Shown here: positions 13,135 through 26,071 of the stretch, piece by piece
How positions within the stretch are numbered: the first letter of the stretch is position 1
How the letters are laid out: each line of letters starts with the position of its first letter
NCBI GenBank assembly: GCA_973895155.1
Contig: OZ316896.1
Coordinates: 9,559,525 to 9,623,524, forward strand
DNA: 64,000 nt
Source: Marsupella aquatica
Lineage: Eukaryota; Plantae; Marchantiophyta
Direction: 5' to 3'
The notes under the pieces: model-generated
The model's input: the letters and a program-made list of their open reading frames with translations, nothing else
Databases searched by the model: none
Told to the model about the DNA's origin: nothing
Program-made: the position numbers and the translations under genes

Positions 13135-16100
13135 TCAATAAAGAACCTCATCATATACAACATTTTTTGTCAACTTTGCTTGACCCTCCTCGGAATCTGA
13201 AAGTAAAACCTTGATAGTTGTAGGTGATGTTGCCCTTGAGAATGCTACATACAACTGTCCATGACTAAATACAGGCTTTGAAAGCTGCAACCCTACATGT
13301 TCTAAAGTCTAACCTTGAGCCTTGTTTATGGTCATTGCATATGCCACTCGAATTGGAAATTGGACCCTACGTAATAAGAAAGGAAGTGACTCGTCAGAGG
13401 TCAACGGTATCCATGCGATAAATGTAAGGGTTCCTGCATGTTTTCCTGCAAGAACACGTGCCTCAATGACACGACAATTCATTGCTCTCACAATTAACCG
13501 AGTACCATTACACAACCCCAAAGAGTGATCTATATTCCTAAGTAAAATGATAGGGCATCCAACCTTCAGTACCAACTTATGAGGCGGCAGACCACTCGGC
13601 GTGAGTGTATTCAAGAACTCTGTACGGTAGAAATTTTCCCCTTCGAGCTGATCTGGACGATCAATGCTAAAAAACTCACTTGATTCCCCAGGAAGTCCTT
13701 CTAAGATAGAGTCGTTAATTTTTAGTGCCTCGTCATTTGTCGGCGCGAGAATAGTTCTCTCACTTAAGAACCTGTCGTCCACATTAGCAAGAGTCGAGTA
13801 TATTGCATGAATCAATGATTCCACACGTCCTCAATCCACCACCATAGACTCAGGGCAAGTAATAAGATTATTTGAAGGCCCTCCTTTTGGGATTTTATTA
13901 TCGCCCAATTGTAGTAGCCACTCCGCAAATGTAACATTACCAAATTCAGGAGATGCGTTAGTTCCTCTTGCCCGCATATTTTCAGTTAGCTTCAAAGTCC
14001 GTATACTACTCCACACATAAGACTTCTTCAAACACAACCCCACAATCTCTGGACGACTTGTCCTTGCCTTCACTGGAAGCACTTGTCAAAAATCACCTGC
14101 AAATACAACTACAACCCCTCCAAAGATTCGGTCATTATCTCGTATGTAGCGTAAAGTTCTATCCAACGCCTCCACTCCATGCCGATGGATCATGGGTGCT
14201 TCATCCCACAAAATAAAAGTTGCCCTCCGCAATAATCCAGCAAGGTCAGATTGTTTTTGGATGCCGCATGTCGATGTCAAGATTGGTTTCAATGGTAGCT
14301 TGAATCTTGAGTGTGCGGTGCGACCTCCATCTAACAAAAGACTTGCAATACCCAAGGAAGCTACGGCCAATACGACGTCCGCATCTGCACGGACTCTTCG
14401 AAGTAGAACATTCTCCACAAATGTTTTGCCCGTCCCCCCTGGTCCATCAATAAAGAATGTCGCTCCATCTTGAGCCCTCACGGCTGCAAGTATTGTAGTG
14501 TACATTGCCCTTTGACCTTTGTTCAACAACGGCTCTTGCTCTGCAAGTTTTTGTAGAAGTACATCCATTGGATAACATGTCTCCTTTGTTATCAACCGGT
14601 TTCTATTTTCTTCCTCTTGGAAAAAATCCATACCTGGTTCCGGAAAACCAAACTCCAACAATGTTTTAACCACACTTTTCAAAGCCTCATCCATCAAATG
14701 TAGAGCAAAACTTTGTTGTTGCTGCTCTGTAGAATCTAAGAAGCCCATCAATTGCAAACGATACCTACAATCATCACTCAAATTGGATGGATGTTGTGCC
14801 CATAGGTCGCACGGTTTGGCAACACCTCCAAACAACAATATTGTAATAAATAGTTGTCGTATTTGCGCACCGGTGTGCATGCTTGCCGCTTCTTGAAGGC
14901 ATCTATCCCACTCCTCATCGTTCTCATATAAACCCCGAGCAAGAGCCGCTACTTGAAAGGTGGGGTATACAGTGCCCTCAAAAGTGCGAAGGTCGATGAA
15001 TGATGTTGCACCTTTGATGTGAAGAAGAACCGCCCTCAAATAGTACCGTTCACCCGCGGCTGGCGGCACAAAATACATCCTGCCAATGATAAACCCTCTT
15101 CTTCGTGGGTTCCATGCACAGGAGGACGTATCCCATACAAACTCATGATTGGGGGAAATTGTTGTAGAGAAGTTGTTTTGCCCGTTCATGCAAAGTATTA
15201 GCTCTGAACCACCCGGTGAGAGTTGTGTCCCTATGAGTTTCTTGTTGAACCACATCACTGATGTTAGAATCCTCATTGAACATTATAGATTGTTCCCCCT
15301 CACAATGAACTTGCAGTCGTTGCACCAAAGTAGTACTCTCATTTCAAACTGGTTAATGCGCCATACTCCCTCAACAGCAGACACATATCTGGCATCTAAG
15401 TGCTCCTTCACTTCATCTCGTTGCTCCACCTCAACCGTTGCCTTATCATGCCCTTTATAATAGTACTTGTATAAATACTTGATTGCTTTAATAGAGCAAC
15501 AAATCTCCATATTAATATGGGCATTGAATCTCATGCTCAAATATGGACTATGAGGAACAACCCATCTATTGTCAAACTTAAACCCACTTCGGTCTTTTGA
15601 GGAATTGCGACCATCATCCCGACGTCGATACATAGGATACCCATCATCTCCAAAAACTGTTTCGGTTGAGAATGATCGTCGATAGCCCTTGCTGCACTGC
15701 CCGTCGACCATGCAAGGTGAGTTTGGATATCCACGACCGCATGGACCATGGACCATGGACTTCATAATAGTTTGATATAATTGTGGATGTCGTGCGTCCT
15801 GTATCTCCACCGACACCAATTGATCAACCAACTCTGGAGTGCGTAACTTATGTCATTCCACCAATATTATGAGAATGTGGGCGTGCGGCAGACCCCTCTT
15901 TTGAAATTCAATGACATACATAGAGGCAATAGGTCTACCCAATACCCGTGCCCGAATATATGCCAACAGGGCCTTCAACTTAAGTTTGAACACTCTCGCC
16001 ACAATGTCATCGCGGTCGGCCGGGGTTTGGTAGGGGAAGCACTCCACTTTGATTTCAGGCCATTCAGGATTGCACGTAAAAGTTGTGAAAAGGTCATGAG

Positions 16101-18445
16101 GCCCATATGTTCAAACAATCGCCATGGCATCCTAATAGGCTTGCATCATATGTCGTGCACTACCCCCATATGTGGACGGTAAAATTTAGGTCCTACCCAC
16201 ATTGCTTGCTTGTGCATCCCCGTCTTGAACTGCATCTTGTAGCCCTTGATATAACTCGGTCCAAAGCTTTTTCTGATTGTTCCGAATATATGTGAGGCGT
16301 GTCTAGTCTATACACGCATATGCATCCACAATAAATTGCTTCAGCAATCTTCCTCCACGAAGCAGCCAATCATCTTCCCGCCTTGCATGTAACATATACG
16401 CATAGTATTGAAGTTGGGTCACCTTCTTAGAACCATTTTGTCCACCCCTGGCCCCTGGTTCAACAGCCACAATGACCCCATCCTGAAATTTGTGCCCCGC
16501 CAACGGGATGTCATAAGACCATCCATCCTGTCTATGAGGAAAGAGTAAAACATAATGGAGTGGGGCACAGGACCTATGCCACTCGAAAATCCGTTGTAGG
16601 CCACCATTCCTCTTCCTTAGGATTATATCCCTCCCACATGTTTCAATATCCTCATCTCCGACCATTATCACGCCAATTTCATCTGCTGTCGGCTTATTGT
16701 AGCGCCTAGGGTCCGTGTCCCGCTCCACTACAATACGTAGCAATACGTCTGGCACCTCGGTGTTGTCAATGCGGCTCCCTGCATTTTAAAGACCCTCACA
16801 TATGGATTGTACATATGGAGCATCTCTTGCAAGGAAGTCAACACCGCCTGATCCAATTGTGGCATCCTATTCATCCTGGAACCCAAAAAAAATCCATAAG
16901 ATAGCTTATTCCAAAGATCATGTAATATGAAAGGAAATTGAGGCAAAAAGTTGTACATGTTAATTACCTGTTCCCCAAATCATTCCCTGTGTCATGAATA
17001 TAGAGTTGACAAACTTTGGCCCCGCTCCATCAGGCGGCAAGAGGCTACTGGCACGATGATATAATGCTCCTTGGATACGAAAGGAGTATTGGCCATGATT
17101 TCCGCCCCTTTCATCAATTTTAACACCTAGGGACGTAAATGCTAGTACATTGTTGTAGCCACAAATGTTTTTCCGGAATGCTACAGCTGCGGCATTGGTA
17201 CCAATCAGCAAGCCTCAAAGCGGTTCAGGTTGAGCACCAAGCGGCGGTAATCCCACTTGCCCGTCGGCACAACACATGGTGAAGCATGGGTTGCATTGTG
17301 TTCCTGACTTGCACTCTTCCATCCAATGAAGCGCTTTGCATTGTGGGCACTCTATGTTCATTCACCCCAAAAGATGTCTACCCATTGCAGGGTCCAAAGG
17401 TTGCCTTGCCTTTGGCAACCGTTGGATCTCTTCCAATCTTTGACGCTCCTGCAACACATCATCAGGATTGAGTTGAGCTGGGGTAACTGGTGCCAGGTTT
17501 GTGCCTCCCATTTCCTCTTGGAGGATATTCTCAATCTCGTCCTCCTCATATTCGTTTGGCAAATCCAAGGTGCCCTCAATAAATGTGTCAAATTGACCTC
17601 CTCCGTCATCGAGGATAGGATTTTTCCCCTCGTGCAGAGCATCGTCAATGAGCCAATCTTCATCAAAGATGTCATGGTTAGACCGTTCATTGTTTGGTAT
17701 GGATTCACAGGGGCATGGGGACGGCCAAAGGGGCAACCCCATCTTGTAAAGCGCCATCAATAAGCCATCCCTCATCAAAGACATCTACATGTTGTGGCAC
17801 AATGTTGGTCATGGGCTCGCACGTTGGGGGGATGGCAAATTCCTCTGGCTTAGGCTGGTCAACCCTACATGCATCCAAGGCACCATCAATGAGCCATCCT
17901 TCATCGAACATGGGAGGGTCAGATGCAATGCTCACGGGCGTCACTGCATGGCTGGATATTGCACTTGGGGCAACCTCTCGACTGTTATTGATAGCAATGG
18001 ATCTGGCCAAGGCTTGTTGAGTAGCCCTGGCTTCACGATGAAGCTCCCTTCCACTATTTGCGCGGCCAGATGCCAGAGTTGATTCCCCGGTTGATTCTAA
18101 ACTTGCCCCCGCAAGGGAGAGCAACGGTCTCGCCAACGGTGTTGTTGGAGTTTGTCGTGGTGCCCTTGCTTTGAGCCGTAGTTGTCAACCACTAACTCCA
18201 TGGGCAAGTAGCACACTTGGCACAACACCTGAAGCACTTGGTTGAGGTGCCAAAAGTGCCACACTTGGTTCCGGCACCGGAGAACCCATAGTTGGTGTGG
18301 CACTTGTTTGCAGCACTGCACGGACTCGAGCCCCCTCTTGCAATCGTCGCTGAGCATATTTTTGCCGACGCCTTGCATTTATTGCTTCCTTATTTTGGGC
18401 ATGACGCTCACGATCAGCTTTGAGCCTCTCCCCTAGGGATCTCAT
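13135..18445 (-). pseudogene. Helitron RepHel (HUH Y2 Rep + PIF1-type SF1B helicase), fragmented by stops and frameshifts
   Basis: Ordered motifs: CPQC..H/CC zinc region, YNNVLAFTSLG, RRYNKPT, QFIVDAY, FTTFTCNPEW, VIEFQKRGLPHAHIL (HUH), HGPCG, YPMYRRRD, KYLYKYYYKG (Y2), GPGGTGKTF (Walker A), DEAPM (Walker B), GDF*Q, ILAPTN, GLCNGTR, QFPIRVAYAMTINKAQG, FSHGQLYVAFSR, NVVYDEVL. Confidence 0.95.
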
Positions 18446-20518
18446 GGTGCAGAAACTCTCAAAACCGGTCCATCATCTGCATCCAACCCACACAACTTAT
18501 GAGAAATTTTTATGCACCCCCAATCAAGCTCGACAGACCCCTAAGTATCTTGAACCCCTAAGTATCTTGAATGCCAGTTGGGCCACACCTTTGCAAGAGA
18601 CCCGAGACATGTGAGGAGACCCAATCCATTGCGGATACCGCTTACCCGATCCCCCATCTCACCCTGCCAACCTTAGCGGCGATCATATATCCTCCCTCGA
18701 GGATGTCTCTTGCCCCCTATGGTATTCCCTAGTATTTATTGGAGGCTCAGCCAAGACTTCTTTCTAGCTGCAATCCCTAGGTCTCGTGGCAAACCCTTTA
18801 GTAGAGCCAAGTTTTTTCTTCGGCAGCAATCCCCAAAATTACCCACGGCGGCCACATTCATACCCATGCTGGTGCATGGCCAAGAACCCATTGGTGGGTG
18901 GTCACCCATCCAGTAGGGCGTCTCAAACTTAAGCATTTGGAATTCCGAATGGCACCCGGGATTTCACAGTCGCGGGCCGCCCGGATCAGGTGGTCGGCCC
19001 ACCGATTTGGTGACCGAAAAGTTTTTACCGGGTTTTTTTGGTCACCCGGTCGTCCGCTATGGACTAACCCTGGGTTGGATAGGCAGGTGGCAACTAACTG
19101 AAGCAGCAGACGAGGGCGACTCGAGAATCAAAACCGAACTAGGTGGAGCACTAGACGGGACGAACACGAGAAACGAACACGAACGCGAGACTAGCCCAGA
19201 CGGGACAACTGCTAAGAAACAAACACGAACTCGACATTCAACTCGAGGGCCTCCACTTTTTGTATGATTGCGTGGATCAGTCTGTTTCTGTGCTCTCGAT
19301 TCGGACGCAGAAAGCAGGAGGACGAGGAGGAGCAGCAGCAAACCTCTCTGTCGCGGGTTCTCTATCGCAATTCTGCGTCAAGGGAAAGGATTCTGGCTGT
19401 GAATCCGGGAGCTATGGAATTCGAGGATCCATGAGCAGGAGGAGAGCGATTCTAGTTGCTGGAAAGGTTTAGGGCGTGATGGTGGCCGGTCGATGACAGA
19501 GTGATCGTTGTGATGTCGAATTTGGAATGGCTGCTCCACCAGGTGAGAGATAATTTTGAGGGCTGCAGGGGATTAAGGGGTTTCTCGGTTGCGTGAATCC
19601 CCTTCGAGTGTTTGAAGAATAATCTATCCAGGGGATCTAGTTTCCTGTCTCTTTCGATGAAGTTTCTTGTCTCTTCCGATGAAGTTTCCGCCCTCTGTGT
19701 AGTGGTTTGCTCTTCAAATTGCCTGCATAAATGTATGCTTGAAATTTCTGGAGAAATGAACCTTAATGGCAGCTTTACGATGGGCCGTATGTGCTAAACT
19801 TTCCACGCCTGTTCAATTTCTTTGTGCGCAGACGTTAAGGCGGGTTGAGAGTGAGCGATACAAGTGCTGGTCTGCCCGAATAGATTGAGATTTTCGTCGT
19901 CGTTGAGCTGAGATTACATTAGCTGTGGTGATCAAAGATGGCGACAGAGAGAGCAGCAAGATGCTTTTGCAACCACGGCCACGGGCGCGCCTATCACCTT
20001 CGAGCGCCCTCTTCCCACCGAGCTCAAGTTTGCAAAGTCATGTAAGTAGAGCTTTTCTTTGGCAAAGTTATTCGAGTTTGAACCTCGTTGTATCATTTTG
20101 CATTAATGTCTGCAAGTTAATTAATTAGCCCTTAGATTAGACAGACAAACATGTGTCCCTAAGATGTTTTTCTCATAATGAAATTTATGAGTGAGACGAG
20201 TAGCAACATGTACCTGGCTGATGTCGAGCATTAAATTCAAGTTAATTTTAAAATGGTCCTTAGATTGGTACTGCTCCATCTGCAGTAGCTAGTGGAACTT
20301 CATGACGATCATCTACGCGTTGCCTTCTGGACAAGAGGAGCGTCTAGGGGGGTACCTCACTTGATCCTCATTTTACCACATTATCGAAATTACATCACCG
20401 AAAGCTAGAGCCCAGGGTAGAAGGTCAAGACTGTAAGCAAACAAGGAACATCCTAGTTTAATTGGGTAATGACAATGTCCTATCGTGAATTGTGTTTGCA
20501 GTAACTTGATCTGACACT

Positions 20519-22058
20519 ATGCCTCGAGTTTCACAACGACAAATACAGCTCAGGGCTGTAAAACAGAAACTTGAGCTTAACATTGCCCTCCTCAGCGACA
20601 GTGATGAGTCTGACGAAGGTGAGAAGGTGTTTCATAAGATGCCTGGACAACTGAAGTGTGCAGGGATTGGAAATTTCAGTAATGAACTGTCTGATGATAG
20701 TTCCAGCTTGATTCATCTGGAGACAGTGACCATGATGAGTATGACCAAGACGACACAAGACCTGAGGACTTGCTAGAGTTGTATTTTGTGCTATATAACA
20801 CCAGGTATTTCGTGCCTCGTCATGTGAGTCTGAAGTCCAATGACTTTGCCACTCAATTCTTCCATAACCTGCCAGAACTACTTTTCAGGCAACTTACAAG
20901 GATGAATAAGAATTCCTTTTTCCATTTGCTTGACTTGGTATCGACTCATCCAGTCTTTCAGAACAGGTCCCAATTTGAGCAAGCTCCTATAGTCAGGCAA
21001 ATGGCAGTTTGCCTTGACCGTCTTGGGCATGATGGTAACGGGGCTTGTCTTAACCATATGATCCCTACCTGGGGTGTAAGTACCGGTTCTTTGGTGAATT
21101 TTTCGAAACGATGCTTCTGTGCACTTGAATCTGTTCTTGCAGACCAGATCCAATGGCCAACTAGGGATGAGCGTCTTCAGCTGAGTGATGGTTTTGCCAG
21201 ACTTGGATTCCCTGGATGCATTGGTCTCATAGATGGGTCTCTCCTACCTCTTGCACAAAGACCTGCTCTCCATGGTGAGTGCTATTACGACAGGAAGTCC
21301 AGGTACTCAGTTAATGCTCAAGTGGTTTGTGACAATCGACGCAAAATCCTCTTCATGTTTACAGGTCTGTGTTGCTCCTCACTTCATAACCAGTGCTTGT
21401 ATTCTGTCACTGGCATGCTCTTTAACCATTCAATTCCGCTTAGCGTTTAATGTCTTTATCTTGACTTTGTTACAAATCACTCCTTACAGGAATGCCAGGC
21501 TCCTGTAGTGACCTCACATGTGTGAAACGCTCCCCACTATTCCAGTACTGCAATGGAGTTGGTGGAACACTTCTTTTCGATGAAAATCAGTACCTGCTAG
21601 GTGACAGTGGGTACCAAGCTCTTCCCCACTTGGTCTGCGCTTTTAAAAGGTCTGACTTCTGTCAAGACAAGGAGGACTTCAATACTTGCATTGCAAAGTG
21701 CCGGGTCACAAATGAGCACTGTATAGGGGTACTAAAATCCCGTTGGCATTCACTGAAGGAGGTCCGCACTCAATTGAACAAGAGTAAGGACTCTCTCTGG
21801 ATGATACGGTGGGTTTCCTTGTGTGGCAAACTGCATAATTACGTTATGAGCATGAACGACGAATGGTCTGAATCTGACATGGAAGAGGATAATTGTGATG
21901 AGCCCCCAGCTGTAGTGGAGGAGGCAGACATAGTCCCAGACCCTGCACGTTCCTCAAGGCGGAGAACTGCTGAGGCTGGTCACGCTATTTTACTCAGGGT
22001 TATGGACGATGCTCTCACATTCTACCGCCAACCAGGAGGATTTTTGCACCATGACTGA
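20519..22058 (+). pseudogene. Harbinger-type DDE transposase (one frameshift near 20709, intron 21365-21489)
   Basis: FRQLTRMNKNSF, HPVFQN, LDRLGHDGNGA (HTH region), IGLIDGS (D1), YYDRKSRYSVNAQVVCD, GMPGSCSD across a GT-AG intron, LLGDSGY (D2), NEHCIGVLKSRW (E), LHNY. Confidence 0.92.
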
Positions 22059-22410
22059 AGAAATAGCTTTACAGTGCTATTGTCTAGGAAACAGGAGTGT
22101 TCCTATGTTGGGTTATTATGTGGAGCCCGAACTTGTCATTTACTAAAGTTGATTGTTTTTTAAACTCGATTTCCTTCTATTGTGGAGAGGAATTGATAAA
22201 CAATTACTTGTCTATGTGTTCAGACAAATTGCATTACAACCTCCGTTGTACCCTAAGATTCATTATCGTCTCTTTTCTACTCGATTGTGTGAATTATGTG
22301 AAGATGAATTGTGTGAATTATGTGACTCTCTGCTGTGCTCTGAGTACCTAGCTCTTGTTGAGTGACTTGACTTGGAATCCTTGAGGCTTGATCGTTTCTC
22401 AGACGTGTTA

Positions 22411-22476
22411 CGCGCACACTGTTGTCGTAATTGTTGATCATCGCGCGCACACTGTTGTCGTAATTGTTGATCATCG
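22411..22476. repeat. 33-bp perfect tandem duplication
   Basis: CGCGCACACTGTTGTCGTAATTGTTGATCATCG x2. Confidence 0.9.
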
Positions 22477-23832
22477 CACTGTCTCACTCTGGACCCTAAG
22501 CAATCGTTCCGTAAGGAATTGGAGAGGTGTCAGATTGTTGGGACTCTTTGCTTCGGTTTTGGATCTAGCTCTTGCTCCCCAGTTATTGCGCACAATGTTG
22601 TGATAATTTGCTTTTTGTCTCTCAAGCACCCTACGCAGCTTGTTTCTCCATGGAATTGGAGAGAGGTCGGGTTTCGGGTTTAGCCTGGATTCTGGTCGGG
22701 CGACTACGGCGACGCAGTTCGTTTCGATGATATGTGGAAGGAGCTGGCAATGAAACGCCTGAGAGAGCAAGGAAGAGGTATTTCCTACGATGCAGAGCAA
22801 TTCACACTTCAGATGGCCGCCGACCTTTCTGCGCGGAAGCGAATTGTTGTTAGGGAATGTCTACAATGTAGTTGTGTTGTTGGAGATCTTCTAATGCACG
22901 ATTGGAGCCCTGACAACCTCATGCGGATTGATGACCAGTGCCGGTGATGTGCGCAATTCATTTAACAAGGGGTACAAAATTATGCAGTTAATTATTCGAC
23001 AGGGATTGGAGTTTGGGCTAACTTGTTGGCCTTCAGTTGTGTTTGAGGAGGAGAGTTCAATGCATTCGTCGATGAATCCAGCCTCGGACCTGAGATGTAG
23101 GAGGTGAATCCGTTTATGTCACTCTGTATCTCCCCTCTTCGTATAGCTCAGGATCGGATTATCAGATATGAGGACCGAAAGGGATGTAAAAGACCCCTTG
23201 ACAAGAACGTCACAGCGACGAAGGACGCTGTCGAATATCACCAACCTTTCTCTCTCCGCCAGTTGGGCCAGCGATGCTCGAGAGGGTCTGAAGGCCAAGA
23301 CCCCAAGCAAGACACTTAGTTTCAACGAGTCTCAGCACGGACCAATCGATCCCCAGCAACATATCAAGGAAACTAAGGAGTAGAAGTGCACAAAGGCGGC
23401 ATTCAATTGGAAACATCGTAATGGACGAGGACTGGAATGATTCGACCAACGTGGACAGTAGAAGCCAAAAGGATGGCGTGAGGAGGTCAGACTTAAGCAG
23501 ACGGCGTCCGGCAGTCTCGAAAGAAAGTGGTGGATAATTTAAACCTGATTTGAATATCCACATTCCTCATGGAAGCAGGGAACGAAACAACATGAAGGCA
23601 GTTATGATGGCAACGGAGCCTTAACATTTGAGAGCCATGAACAAAAGTAGTCTACGGTGACAGTGGAGTTCCTGAGAAACAGGCATCGGCCTGGAGGAGA
23701 GTGGTGTAAAGTTCCTGCGTCTAATCTGCTCAAGTGCTTGGCTTAATTACGGAGAACTATTCCCCCCTGAAGAATGAACTAAGTACTCACCATTGAATGA
23801 ATCTACCTCTACTCTAGTGTACTGATCTACAC

Positions 23833-26071
23833 CTAATCTAGGTCGATTGAATCACCATCTTGTTGGTGAAGCCCAGACTCGGGATGTGTGGTGGAATCGG
23901 ACATTGGATTCATCGCTGCAGTAGCACAGAGAACCTTCGGAATTATCCCAAGGAGGGTTTGCATCTCATCACATGTTCTGTTTGTCGTGATGAGCTCTGT
24001 CAACAATGCAAGTGTCTGTTGAGAGTTAATACACCGAAGTTGATGATCATGCTCCACTTTTGCCTTCTTTGCTTCGTGCAATCTGGTGGATCTGTCCCTA
24101 TCTCTACTTTCTCATGCTGTGTTCTCTCGCAATTCATTGGCATCTCGTGCAGCAGCTTCTCTTGCCTCCCTTGCTTCTCTGGCAGCAGCTTCCCTGAACT
24201 CTTTTCGTTCCCGCATGTCCTCTAATCTCCATTTATCCTTTGCTTCGATGATCTGCTGCTTAAACACATTTTTCTCATTCAACTTCTCAAGGTAAACTTT
24301 GGCCAAATTAGGCCTGGATGTAGCTTGTGAGGGAACTGCCCTCCTTGGTGTTCCTCGTCGTGGGCCGTGTGGTGTTCCACGAGTTGACTGAGGCAAAGAT
24401 CTGGGTGTTGCCTGAGAAGCATCGGGAGATCCTGTTCTCAGTGGTGTTGGCTCAGGTCCCTCTGGTCGAAGATAACCATGCTGTGGAGACACATCTTCTG
24501 TTGATTCAGGTTCCTCTGGTCGCTCTGAAAAATCATCCACGGGCTGTCCATCAAGGCAGGATTCAGTCCTACATGGCATATTTGTAGTGACATCTGCAAT
24601 CATAAATTCGAAGTTAAATACCACAATCTCCACCCGACAGACCCTAGGCTGACCTTCTTCATCGGCCACACAGCAGAGGCAAGAATCTACGCTACCATCC
24701 GCAAATGCTGGCATCCATCAGTGACAAGGCAAAATAATTATCTACTCCATTTTCTGACCAGCTAACTACGCAGCTCAATCCGTGATGGGTTGACGGTATT
24801 CGGCTTGAACATTGAGCTTCTACATTGATGCCATGTTAGAGGACCACACCCATTCAGACTCTGGTATATATTTCAACCTCTCGAATAGACCCATTCTGAG
24901 AGGAGGAAAACATGGCTCGAGGGCCCAACGAAAAGAGATTAGCTAAGATCAGAGAAGATTGAGAGGCACGATCAAAGGGCTAGGGAGATTGTTGCAGAGG
25001 GTCTAGAGTCCGTTTGAAGACTTGTTCTAAGATCTCTGACTGATTAGACACAAAAGATCGCAGCCTCTGCAAATTCCTCTACAGCACATTTGGAGATCGT
25101 CCCTAAACAAGAATTATTTGAAGTATATAAAAAACTACGCCAGAAGGTCAAGCAAATAGACATTTCCTTACTATGCCTGAGAAGCGACTGGAACTCTGGA
25201 CATGACTTCTTCGCTGTCTAGTACATCTAACTACGCAAATATAGACGACTACTCCAATCCAGGAAAATCTGGGGGCTGCCGATGAGCTAAAACAATGTTG
25301 ATAACCTCCCTGTTACCTGATACGATAATTCGCAAATGCCATATGAAGGGTTTCTCCTCGTCTCTTACAAACCAAGAGTTGCAGACCATAGTCGTTAAGT
25401 CAGACATTGAATTTGTTACCTGATGGCGTTGGAGCTGCGATGTGTGGAATTTCCTCAGCTTCACCACCATCATCGTCATCGGAGCCCTAATCCACAAATA
25501 TTTCGGAATGTCCAGGCAATCCAACACAACCTGTGCTAGGCGGGGACACATTCGCCCTGTGCCCATACAAGGCATGCATCCTCTCAAAATGAGGGCAGAT
25601 TTTGTCAAGTTTGGCTTCGATAGTAATCCCCGCTCTTATTTCTTCCATGGTAACCCCAAATCCTGAGTCTCGCTTCATACCTAGAGCTTCCTTGTATTTA
25701 GCGACATATCTACCAAATCGTTTACCCAGGTTGTCTCCATTTGCTACGAACGATGCAAAGCCTCTTGACTGAATCCAAACAAGCATCAGTCTAAAAACTG
25801 TTTTCTTATTTGGATGCTTGGTGGCTGCTCCCTTATCACGCACTCTGTCTCCTCCGTTCAGCATTGCAAAATTATCACCTTCCTCCAGCCATTCAACAAT
25901 CAACAATAAGTTTGCCGGTGTGAGTTTGCGCCCTTCAGAGCTCCCTGCCTGGGTTGCGGGAGTAGTCACCATGGCTGGCAATTCGTGAATGTGCACTGAT
26001 TGGGAATCCTGTGCTTCTTGACGCTCATCAAACAGAGCGCGTTGTCTTGAACCCGACTGAGGAAGCTCCAT
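23833..26071 (-). pseudogene. Second (accessory, probably DNA-binding) protein of the Harbinger-like element; 2 exons, two premature stops
   Basis: Exons 26071-25420 and 24593-23833 give 471 codons. The N-part reads LIVEWL..GDNF...KYKEA...SGFGVT..E..AGITIEAKLDKICPHFERMHALYGHRAN, then an acidic/Pro-rich linker and a C-terminal E/R/A coiled coil. The stops are TAG 25489-25487 and TGA 24114-24112. Confidence 0.8.

Noticed and set aside
23460-23545. MBD-like peptide KGWREEVRLKQTASG inside the transposon
   Set aside because: Too short, flanked by stops, and lacking the downstream Y..P.G...RS motif.
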